A stretch of DNA of 43,732 nucleotides from Methanomassiliicoccales archaeon (GTDB lineage: Archaea > Thermoplasmatota > Thermoplasmata > Methanomassiliicoccales > JAAEEP01), in NCBI GenBank assembly GCA_035529155.1, contig DATKXF010000043.1, forward strand, positions 1 through 43,732, written 5' to 3'. Positions 1 through 7,988 of this stretch are shown here, in pieces. A program made the position numbers and the translations under genes. How positions within the stretch are numbered: the first letter of the stretch is position 1; each line of letters begins with the position of its first letter. The notes beneath the pieces are model-generated. The model did no database searches. It had not been told where the DNA came from and saw only the letters and a program-made list of their open reading frames with translations.

Positions 1-2
1 AC

Positions 3-269
3 AAGAGAGGGAAGGCTGATGAAAGGCGCAGGGCTTCCCTCAAGTTGCTAAGGATATTGAGAGAATGGCTTCCCGTTTCCATTCCTAAATGGCTTGATGA
101 AGAAGTTGTCGCGGCCGCCCCGTCCGAGCTGAAATCGGTGACGGACAAGATCGATGCGGTAATCAGTGTACTCTGCGTGTACGGACATTGGATTTATGCT
201 GGGAAGATGACCAAGGTCTTGGGAGATGCCAGTGACGGGTTCATTCTCCTCCCACGACAGGTGGTCTAA
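3..269 (+). CDS. C-terminal fragment of an unidentified protein, truncated by the window edge
   Basis: The frame is open from nt 3 to the TAA at 267-269; the ORF track only begins it at a TTG at 45. I recognise no motif. Confidence 0.3.
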   Translation, partial: KRGKADERRRASLKLLRILREWLPVSIPKWLDEEVVAAAPSELKSVTDKIDAVISVLCVYGHWIYAGKMTKVLGDASDGFILLPRQVV

Positions 270-270
270 A

Positions 271-960
271 ATGGAAGCCAATGAGAACCAGGACATTCAG
301 GGAATATTCAAAGGAATGGGCAAGCAGCATGGCTACGATTTCGTAGAGGCTAACTTTTTCCCCTTCAAGGAACTGAAGAGCACTTGGCATCGAAATAGGT
401 GGAAGGTAGCATTCAGGATCTCGGACTACATGTCCGGTTGTGGTGAGGAGGTACTCACCGATTACTCCGGTGCTCTCTTCAAACGAATGGTAAATGGTGG
501 AAGGGTAACCTACAGCGACAATGTCATGTGCTGGCTCAAGTCCAGTAAATTCATTGAAATGAATCGGCCGTTATACCTGGACCGAAGCAGAAACCTTTCT
601 TTCAGTGCCCAGGGCGATCATCACGATCTACAATGTGCGATGGAAGGCCTCAGGGAAAAGGGGCTGATCGATGACATGGAGGATGTCTATCTCACCTGGA
701 CAAGGAGTGCCAACCGAAAGAGGGTGGGATACTGCAGCGTCCTGATGAAGGTTATAGCGGTGTCATCAGCTCTAGATTCTCCAGATCTCCCCCCCTTGGT
801 TCCAGAGTACGTTCTCTATCACGAACTGGTGCATCTTGAGATGGGACGCGAAACACTCTCGCCTCGGCACGGACGGGAGTTCAGGAGGAGGGAAAGACTC
901 TTCCCCCGTTGGGAGGAAGCGGAATCCTGGCTCAGGAGAGTGGCGTCTCACAGACTCTGA
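271..960 (+). CDS. DUF45/YgjP-like HExxH zinc metallopeptidase
   Basis: C-terminal 'YVLYHELVHLEMG...HGREFRRRERLFPRWEEAESWL' matches the DUF45/SprT-like HExxH...F..W pattern. I prefer the ATG at 271 (MEANENQ) over the ORF-track start at 226. Confidence 0.7.
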   Translation: MEANENQDIQGIFKGMGKQHGYDFVEANFFPFKELKSTWHRNRWKVAFRISDYMSGCGEEVLTDYSGALFKRMVNGGRVTYSDNVMCWLKSSKFIEMNRPLYLDRSRNLSFSAQGDHHDLQCAMEGLREKGLIDDMEDVYLTWTRSANRKRVGYCSVLMKVIAVSSALDSPDLPPLVPEYVLYHELVHLEMGRETLSPRHGREFRRRERLFPRWEEAESWLRRVASHRL

Positions 961-1025
961 TCTCTTCGATTGAAATGCGATAAGCATTTCAATCCATGAA
1001 GGCATACTAAGGTTGGTGCTATGAG

Positions 1026-1988
1026 ATGGCAAAGCGGCAGTTCCTGAAGGACCTCCAGGAGGGGGACGAGGTCGATGATGTCTTTTCGATCAGGTACAAG
1101 AAGCCACCTCGCGAGTACTCTAAGGGATACATGTTCGAGGTTCGGTTGAGCGATCGCTCCGGCAATATGAATTTGAAGTTTTGGGGACCAAGCGACGAGC
1201 GTCTGGTGGATAGGATATATGAACCTCTTGTCGCTGGTGGGGTGGTTCGGGTGAAAGGCAGGGTGAGCAGCTACAAAGACTCCCTTGAGATATCCGTCGG
1301 TGAGGATGATGGGATCGCGCTCATTGAGAGGTCTGGATATGACATCCGTGATTTCGTTCCCACCACGGAGAGAGACGTGGATCAGATGATGAGCCGACTC
1401 AACTCCTTCATCCGACAGGTGCAGGATCCGTTCCTCTCCAAGCTACTCAGGCACTTCTTTGCCGATGAGGAATTCGTGGTCAGATTCAAAGAAGCTCCAG
1501 CGTCGATTCAGAAGCATTCAAATTGCATAGGTGGGCTGCTTGAGCATACACTCTCTGTTGTGGAGATATGCGCAATGGTTCATTCCCTCAAGCCCAAGAT
1601 GGACAAGGACCTCCTTCTGACAGGGGCAATACTGCACGACATCGGTAAAATGAATGAGTACAGGATAACCACCAACATCGACATGAGTGAGGAGGGGATG
1701 CTTCTGGGACACATCTTCATCGGTGCCGAGAAGCTCAAGGAGGCCATTGATGGCATCGACGACTTCCCGCCAACTCTGGGATTCAAGCTCGTCCACATCG
1801 TCCTCAGCAGCCATGGAAGGTTGGAGTTCGGATCCCCTCGTTTACCGCAGTTCGCGGAAGCGGCGGCAATACACTACGCCGACGAGATAGATGCCAAGGT
1901 GGAGCGGTATGTAAAGGTCAAGGAGGAGGCCCGTACAGAGGATGACTGGACCTATGATTCGGACCTGAGACATATTTTCCTTCGTTAG
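1026..1988 (+). CDS. OB-fold plus HD-domain phosphohydrolase (YhaM-like 3'-5' exoribonuclease family)
   Basis: N-terminal OB-like segment (VFSIRYKK...GNMNLKFWG...VRVKGRVSSY) followed by HD-domain motifs (LLEHTLSV..., AILHDIGK, SHG). Confidence 0.75.
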   Translation: MAKRQFLKDLQEGDEVDDVFSIRYKKPPREYSKGYMFEVRLSDRSGNMNLKFWGPSDERLVDRIYEPLVAGGVVRVKGRVSSYKDSLEISVGEDDGIALIERSGYDIRDFVPTTERDVDQMMSRLNSFIRQVQDPFLSKLLRHFFADEEFVVRFKEAPASIQKHSNCIGGLLEHTLSVVEICAMVHSLKPKMDKDLLLTGAILHDIGKMNEYRITTNIDMSEEGMLLGHIFIGAEKLKEAIDGIDDFPPTLGFKLVHIVLSSHGRLEFGSPRLPQFAEAAAIHYADEIDAKVERYVKVKEEARTEDDWTYDSDLRHIFLR

Positions 1989-2272
1989 TCCTTGATGATT
2001 TCGAATGAGTAGGCGCACTTAGAAAGATGTCCTATCTGGTCAGGATGCCAGGGGAACCTCCTGCAATGGTCCGCCCTCCCAGTATGCATACTACAAATTC
2101 CTTTTCCTCCTGCGAATTGGAGGTACTGGCATTGCCCATCCACGGGAAGGCCATTCTCCAAGTAGAAATCTCTTGCCTCTTCGGAAATGGGGAACTTGGG
2201 TTTGCAGCACTCTCCACAAAGGTTGCAGTGCCCTCTCCTGAGATACTTGACCATCATCTGCCCGATTATCAT
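1985..2272 (-). CDS. YkgJ-family CxxCxxCC cysteine-cluster (Zn/Fe-S) protein
   Basis: 'HCNLCGECCKP' near the N-terminus, later 'GQCQYL...GICSMH...ADHCRRFPW'. This is the typical UPF0153/YkgJ layout. The 3' end overlaps the convergent gene by 4 nt. Confidence 0.7.
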   Translation of the reverse strand: MIIGQMMVKYLRRGHCNLCGECCKPKFPISEEARDFYLENGLPVDGQCQYLQFAGGKGICSMHTGRADHCRRFPWHPDQIGHLSKCAYSFEIIKD

Positions 2273-2623
2273 CGGATGCTTTCAATCTTTCCACGATCAG
2301 TTCGGACTTATCTCGATAAAAGGCAGTGTGCCCCGGCCGTAACAGATTGGCTCACAGACAGGCGGACGCCCTCTCCCCACACTGACCCTGGCCGGGACTT
2401 TAGTGTCGTGCACCGGGGTTGTCCTCCAGTCATTACGCGATGTCACATCGAAGTTCCTGCAGGGACCCATTGTAACGATGCACTGTTCACCCCCGTTGGT
2501 ATGAACGAATCACCGATCATCGCTACGTTGCTCGGGGGCGTTCTTATTAGGCGCCACTATATGATAATCTTTTCGATTCTCCACCGTCAGTAATTTACCT
2601 ACCGGGAACGCTTTCAAGCTGAT

Positions 2624-3157
2624 ATGTCCCACGATCTCGCCAAGAAGAATCTCTTGCTAACGGGACCGCCCAAGGTGGGAAAGACCACGGTCATTATGGC
2701 GGTGTCCAATGAGCTGGGCGACAGGGCTGATGGTTTCTACACTAAGGAGCTAATAGAGCTGGGCAAAAGGAAGGGATTTCTTCTGATCTCACTTCGGGGG
2801 AAGGAGGGTCTACTGGCCCATGTGAACCTTAAGCATGGACCTAAAGTAGGAAGATATACCGTCAATCTCGATGACATAGATTCTATTGGCGTGACCGCGC
2901 TCAGAAGAGCCAAGAAAGAGGGGGCGATCGTGATCATAGATGAGATAGGTAGGATGGAACTGCTTTCAAAAGCGTTCAAGAGCGAGGTCATCCGAATCCT
3001 CGACTCACCATCTCGTGTGCTGGCCACCATCCGTGAGGTCGAAGAACCATTCTGCGATTCGATCAAGGAGAGGGAGGACGCGGTGGTCATTCGAGTCACC
3101 ATAGCGAACAGGGATTCCCTTCCCAGCATCATAGTCAATGAACTCTTGCAAAAGTAG
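2624..3157 (+). CDS. THEP1-type nucleoside-triphosphatase
   Basis: Walker A 'LLLTGPPKVGKTT', Walker B 'IVIIDEIGRMEL', about 177 aa, as in archaeal THEP1/MJ1559-type NTPases. Confidence 0.8.
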   Translation: MSHDLAKKNLLLTGPPKVGKTTVIMAVSNELGDRADGFYTKELIELGKRKGFLLISLRGKEGLLAHVNLKHGPKVGRYTVNLDDIDSIGVTALRRAKKEGAIVIIDEIGRMELLSKAFKSEVIRILDSPSRVLATIREVEEPFCDSIKEREDAVVIRVTIANRDSLPSIIVNELLQK

Positions 3158-3200
3158 GCCTGCGAAGAGCATTTTATACTCATGATGTCAATGATAATTC

Positions 3201-4091
3201 GTGGTAGTGCTGATAGGAAGCAGCGGATGGTCATATGATGACTGGGTGGGGCGATTCTATCCCATAGAAATGGCCAAGAAGAAGGGCGAATGGTTCGCCT
3301 ACTATGCTCAGTACTTCAAGACTGTGGAGATAAACAGCACTTTCTACCGCGTGCCCAACGAGTTCACGGTTCGATCGTGGATCAAAAAAGCCTCAGAGGT
3401 GGAAGGCTTCGAGTACTCCGTGAAGCTTCCCAAGTTAATCACACATGAAAGCATGGTCAAAAGGAATTGCGAGACCGCTGCAAATCAGGCCAGATCATTT
3501 GAACAGATATGCATAGAACCGCTCGCCGAAAATGGAAATATGGGCTGCGCATTGATCCAGCTTTCCCCCTATTTCCGCAACGAGGAGATCTCGTTGACCA
3601 CGCTCTCTGAACTGCTCGAATCTGTCTCCTGTGATCGTTATCCCTACGCAGTGGAATTCAGACATGGGAGCTGGTTGGATAAGGAGAAGAAAGAGATAGT
3701 GGAAGAAGCAAGGGAAATCCTTCGTGAGCATGGAGTGGCCAGCGTGATGATCGACGGCCCTGGATCACCAATAACCAGGGCTCAGACCGCCGATCACTCG
3801 TACATACGGTTCCACGGTCGCAACTACGATATTTGGTTCAAGGACGAGGACGAAGATGACTACCGGATCAATAGGTACGATTATCTATATTCAATCGATC
3901 ATTTGAAGAGTTGGATACCGATAATTGACGAAGTTGGAGAAAAAACTAAGAATGTTAGATTATACTTCAATAACCACGGAAGGGCAAAAGCGGTAAAGAA
4001 TGCTATCCAGATGATGGACATGCTGTCCATCCCCCATAAGGAGAAGGAGATTAGATTGCAGGACCAGATGAAGCTGCGGATTTACGAATAA
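3201..4091 (+). CDS. DUF72 (YecE/UPF0759) family protein
   Basis: GTG start. 'IGSSGWSYDDWVGRFYP', 'FKTVEINSTFYR' and 'RFHGRN' are typical DUF72 motifs. Confidence 0.85.
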   Translation: MVVLIGSSGWSYDDWVGRFYPIEMAKKKGEWFAYYAQYFKTVEINSTFYRVPNEFTVRSWIKKASEVEGFEYSVKLPKLITHESMVKRNCETAANQARSFEQICIEPLAENGNMGCALIQLSPYFRNEEISLTTLSELLESVSCDRYPYAVEFRHGSWLDKEKKEIVEEAREILREHGVASVMIDGPGSPITRAQTADHSYIRFHGRNYDIWFKDEDEDDYRINRYDYLYSIDHLKSWIPIIDEVGEKTKNVRLYFNNHGRAKAVKNAIQMMDMLSIPHKEKEIRLQDQMKLRIYE

Positions 4092-4171
4092 CGAACATAT
4101 TGTCAAAGTTTGTTACGGATTAATACGACAATCTACAAATACAAGTAAGCAATCGAAGGCTCGTTGAGAAT

Positions 4172-6271
4172 ATGAAGGCTCTATTCGAACCTGAATCCAT
4201 TGCAGTTGTCGGGGCTGCTCGAGAGAAGGATAAATTGGGCAATATTATTCTGAGGAATCTGATCTCATCAGGATTCGAGGGGAGTCTATACCCAGTTAAC
4301 CCAAAGGCTGACCAGATACTCGGAATGAAGTGCTACAAGTCTCTCAGCGATATACCAGAGAAAGTGGAGCTCATCGTAGTCGTGGTCCCGAACTACATAG
4401 TACCCGCTGTCATCGAGGAGGCGGGGGAGAAAGGTGTCAAGTCTGCTATCATAATTACCGCTGGCTTCAAGGAGATCGGTCTTGAGGGAGCAGAACTTGA
4501 GAGAAAGGTAGGGAACCTGGCCAAGAAGTACAACATGAGGATACTGGGCCCCAACTGTCTAGGTCTCATCAACAGGCACCACAACATGAACGCTACCTTC
4601 ACTCGGAACTATCCCCAGAAGGGAAGGATAGCCATAACCTCTCAATCAGGTGCCATATGCACATCGATTCTTGATTGGGCGACCAGGACCAACGTGGGAT
4701 TCTCCAAGTTCATTAGCGTCGGTAACAAGGTTGACATCGACGAGGCTGATCTACTGGAGTATTTGAGAGAAGATGATGAGACCGCCGTTATAGGTATGTA
4801 TATTGAAGGGACGAATAGGGGAGAGCAATTCCTGAGACAGGCAACTGAAGCCACACGCCTCAAACCCATCCTCGCTCTCAAATCAGGAAGGACAAGTTCT
4901 GGTGCAAAGGCAGCTTCCTCTCATACAGGAGCCCTATCTGGAAGTGATGCGGTCTACGAAGCGGCGCTCCATCAGACGGGTGTGGTGAGAGCCCGCACCA
5001 TAGACGAGTTCTTCGATCTGCTTCTGATCTTCGGTCTCATGCCGCTTCCAGAGGGTGACGGAGTGGCCATCGTCACCAATGCCGGTGGCCTGGGAGTCAT
5101 GGCGGCCGACGCAACCTCGGACTTCGGACTGACCCTAGCGTCGTTCGACGGCGAGACCATCGAGAAGCTGAAGGAATATCTACCCGCAGAGGCGAACTTC
5201 TACAATCCGGTGGACGTGCTTGGAGACGCTCCTGCAGATAGATACGAGTTCGCCATCAAGACGGTCATGGATGATCCCAACGTCTCGATGGTTCTTGTGA
5301 TCCTTGCGCCCACTGACACTGTTGATATAATGTCAGTGGCGAAGATTGTCGCTAGTTTCGGGGGAAAGGTGGATATACCTCTTGTTGCGACCTTCGTGGG
5401 CGGTAAAGACTGCGAGGAGGGGATCGAGCTCCTCAGGGAAGCTGGAATTCCGAACTATGAATCCCCAGACCGGGCCATGAAGGCACTCAGCGCGATGGTG
5501 AATTACAGGAACATGCGGGATTCCAGAGGCGACATGGAGCCGGTCGTCGTTGACGGCGACAAGGAGCGGGTAAGGGAGATCCTCGACATAGTCAAGGCCG
5601 AGGACCGCCTGACATTGCGAGAGGACGAGGGCAAGGAGATCCTCAAGGCCTATGGTGTCTCAGTTCCCATTGAGGCAATAGCCAATACCGCTGAGGAGGC
5701 AGCAGAGATCGCCTGCAGGATTGGCTATCCTGTGGTAATGAAGATCGCATCACCTGATATCTTCCACAAGACCGATGTGGGTGGTGTCGCGGTCGGGGTG
5801 AGTAATGCCGAGGATGTCAGGACCAACTTCGATATAATCACCCGACGCAGTAAGGAGAGGATGCCCCAGGCAAGGATAGACGGGGTCTCCATCCAGCAGA
5901 TGCTTTCGGGCAGAGAGGTGATCGTTGGCATGGTCCGTGATGATCAATTCGGCCCAGTTCTCACCTTTGGTCTGGGCGGTATCTTTGTGGAGATAATGAA
6001 GGACGTATCGCAATGCATCGCGCCCCTCACCAAGAGCGATGTCAATACCATGATAAGCTCCATCAAGGCCTTCCCCATACTGTCCGGAGCTAGGGGAAGA
6101 AAACCAGCCGATATAAAAACCTTAAAGGAAATAATTTTCAAGGTAGCGCAGATTTCCGTAGACTTCCCGGAGATCTCAGAATTTGAGATCAACCCCGTAA
6201 TGGTTGGAGATGAGGGTGAAGGGGCAGGTGCGGTGGACGCGCTTGTAACAATAAGGAGGGAGAGTAAGTGA
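4172..6271 (+). CDS. acd: Acetyl-CoA synthetase (ADP-forming), fused alpha-beta form
   Basis: N-terminal CoA-binding 'PESIAVVGAS/AREKDKLGN', the succinyl-CoA-synthetase-like 'SQSGA' and 'SHTGALSGS' phosphohistidine loop, and a C-terminal ATP-grasp (EGKEILKAYGV...VVMKIASPDI.HKTDVGGV). Confidence 0.9.
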   Translation: MKALFEPESIAVVGAAREKDKLGNIILRNLISSGFEGSLYPVNPKADQILGMKCYKSLSDIPEKVELIVVVVPNYIVPAVIEEAGEKGVKSAIIITAGFKEIGLEGAELERKVGNLAKKYNMRILGPNCLGLINRHHNMNATFTRNYPQKGRIAITSQSGAICTSILDWATRTNVGFSKFISVGNKVDIDEADLLEYLREDDETAVIGMYIEGTNRGEQFLRQATEATRLKPILALKSGRTSSGAKAASSHTGALSGSDAVYEAALHQTGVVRARTIDEFFDLLLIFGLMPLPEGDGVAIVTNAGGLGVMAADATSDFGLTLASFDGETIEKLKEYLPAEANFYNPVDVLGDAPADRYEFAIKTVMDDPNVSMVLVILAPTDTVDIMSVAKIVASFGGKVDIPLVATFVGGKDCEEGIELLREAGIPNYESPDRAMKALSAMVNYRNMRDSRGDMEPVVVDGDKERVREILDIVKAEDRLTLREDEGKEILKAYGVSVPIEAIANTAEEAAEIACRIGYPVVMKIASPDIFHKTDVGGVAVGVSNAEDVRTNFDIITRRSKERMPQARIDGVSIQQMLSGREVIVGMVRDDQFGPVLTFGLGGIFVEIMKDVSQCIAPLTKSDVNTMISSIKAFPILSGARGRKPADIKTLKEIIFKVAQISVDFPEISEFEINPVMVGDEGEGAGAVDALVTIRRESK

Positions 6272-7272
6272 GATCCTTGTTTATCGGATCAGTTTCTGAA
6301 AGATCTGGAAAGACGATACTGTCACTTGGACTTGCGAAGAATGCGCCTGGTAAGGTAGGTTTCTTCAAACCGTTCAAGGAGACAATAGTGTATGCCAAGA
6401 ACCGCATTCTGGATCAGGATGCATACCTCATGAAGAAGGTCCTCAACCTCGAGGCTGAGGAGGAGATAATCTCACCGTGTTCCTATGATGTCTTCAGGCC
6501 GGTGAGCATGAACACCATGCTGGAATGCTGGGATAAGTTGAGAGAGGGTTGCGATACCATGATCGTGGAGGGTACCAGGGACATTACCACTGGGTACATC
6601 CATGATGTATCCGGTCCGGCCATCGCCCAGGCAATTGGCGCCGACATGGTTCTTATCGGAGATTCTAGCCCAGGGGCACTGGATAAGATTGCCGTGATAA
6701 AGCACCTCCTCGGAGATTACAACATCGAATTCAAGGGTGCTATCCTCAACATGGCAGATGATCCAGCGGTCGAGGTATTTCTCGAAGAGAAAGGAATCAA
6801 CGTTCTGGGTTCCATTCCCACTATCAACGAGCTTAAGCGGTTCCGTGTGAAGGAGGTAGCGGAGTCATTGGGAGCCGAGATCGTGGTCGGTGACGAGAAC
6901 CTAGACAGACCGGTCGAGGATGTCATGGTAGGAGCCATGACGCCCGAGAGTGCGATCAAATACATGAGGCGGGTTGGAAGAAAGGCCCTCATCACTGGAG
7001 GAGATAGATCCGATATTCAGATGGCCGCCCTTTCTACTGACACTTCCTGCCTAATTCTCACAGGCGGTCTTTACCCAGTAAAGACCGTGGTATCCAAGGC
7101 CTATGAGAAGGGAGTCCCTATCCTGCTAGTCAGGTATGATACCCTTACCACGGCAGAGATGGTCGAGCACCTCATCGCCAGAATAGATCCGGAGGATGAT
7201 GCCAAGATCAATCTGATCTGCGACACCATCAAGAACAACATAAACCTGGACGAGCTCTGGGGCGAGGAGTGA
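6268..7272 (+). CDS. BioD-like P-loop plus DRTGG domain protein (Pta N-terminal-like, no PTA catalytic domain)
   Basis: GTG start overlapping the acd TGA (GTGA at 6268-6271), with GGAGG upstream. 'GSVSERSGKT' P-loop and 'ALITGGDRSDIQMAAL' DRTGG motif. Confidence 0.75.
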   Translation: MRSLFIGSVSERSGKTILSLGLAKNAPGKVGFFKPFKETIVYAKNRILDQDAYLMKKVLNLEAEEEIISPCSYDVFRPVSMNTMLECWDKLREGCDTMIVEGTRDITTGYIHDVSGPAIAQAIGADMVLIGDSSPGALDKIAVIKHLLGDYNIEFKGAILNMADDPAVEVFLEEKGINVLGSIPTINELKRFRVKEVAESLGAEIVVGDENLDRPVEDVMVGAMTPESAIKYMRRVGRKALITGGDRSDIQMAALSTDTSCLILTGGLYPVKTVVSKAYEKGVPILLVRYDTLTTAEMVEHLIARIDPEDDAKINLICDTIKNNINLDELWGEE

Positions 7273-7319
7273 ATAATCGATTCTCCCCCTCCTGACTTAT
7301 TGGATGGGCATCAGGGGTT

Positions 7320-7988
7320 TCAGTGAAGGAACCCAAAGATACCCATTGCCTTTTTCTCTCCTATACCCGGCACCCTCTGCAGATCTCTTGCACTCGCCCG
7401 AATCAGATTCTCGATGGAACCGAATCGTTCAAGAAGACTGCTGGCGAGCTTATCACCGACGCCGGGGATCATTGAAAGGAACAGCACCCTCTGGTCCTTC
7501 ACAGGGAGTCCGGATGATACCCTCGGTGTAAACCACCTCGGGGGCGGAGTCCGGTCATTGAGACCTTCTGACTCCCTTCTGACGAGCACTCTTAGGAAGG
7601 AGCCCATGCCCTGCTGCCCCTGCACCTGGACAATTGGCACATGGTAGGTGTAGATGCATTCCATCTGAGCCCCAATGACGCTGGCCCAACCCCTTTCATC
7701 GAGAATTGAGTCATCATCATGGGATCTCTCGATCACCAGTATTCGCCTGACCACAGAGGCTCCATCGTACTCGTTCATCCTGGAGAGGGCAATTAATTGT
7801 TCCCACAGCCTTCCGTTCCTGAAGGACGAGATAAAATCCCCAAGGGTCTTTCTCTCGATGGCAATGGCAGTTTCCCCGACCTTTATGATGTAGTCCCCAG
7901 TCTCTAGATGAATAACCCTGATCTCGCCGAGGTCGCCGATGTAGGAAAGAAATCCACTCTCTCTTCTGTCAACGAAGATCTCTATCAT
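7320..7988 (-). CDS. ERCC4/XPF-family structure-specific nuclease, short form with C-terminal (HhH)2
   Basis: 'IFVDRRES', 'LETGDY', 'IAIERKTLGDFISS', 'GRLWEQ' (the GDxnERKxxxD ERCC4 signature). C-terminal tandem HhH 'IPGVGDKLASSLLERFGS...LQRVPGIGEKKA'. The ATG overlaps the rad50 stop (ATGA). Confidence 0.85.
   Translation of the reverse strand: MIEIFVDRRESGFLSYIGDLGEIRVIHLETGDYIIKVGETAIAIERKTLGDFISSFRNGRLWEQLIALSRMNEYDGASVVRRILVIERSHDDDSILDERGWASVIGAQMECIYTYHVPIVQVQGQQGMGSFLRVLVRRESEGLNDRTPPPRWFTPRVSSGLPVKDQRVLFLSMIPGVGDKLASSLLERFGSIENLIRASARDLQRVPGIGEKKAMGIFGFLH

Noticed and set aside
2027-2593. 188-aa plus-strand ORF spanning the ykgJ-like gene and the long spacer
   Set aside because: The first half is antisense to a well-supported YkgJ-family CDS. 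Its composition is R/T/P/H-rich and E/K-poor, unlike the genuine genes here, and it has no recognisable motif.
2273-2623. Possibility that the long spacer encodes RNase P RNA or SRP RNA
   Set aside because: I could not find the universal RNase P CR-I/CR-V elements (GAGGAAAGUCC, ACAGAA..CGGCUUA) or the SRP helix-8 GGAA tetraloop/AGCA motifs on either strand. I keep it only as an unassigned structured-RNA candidate.
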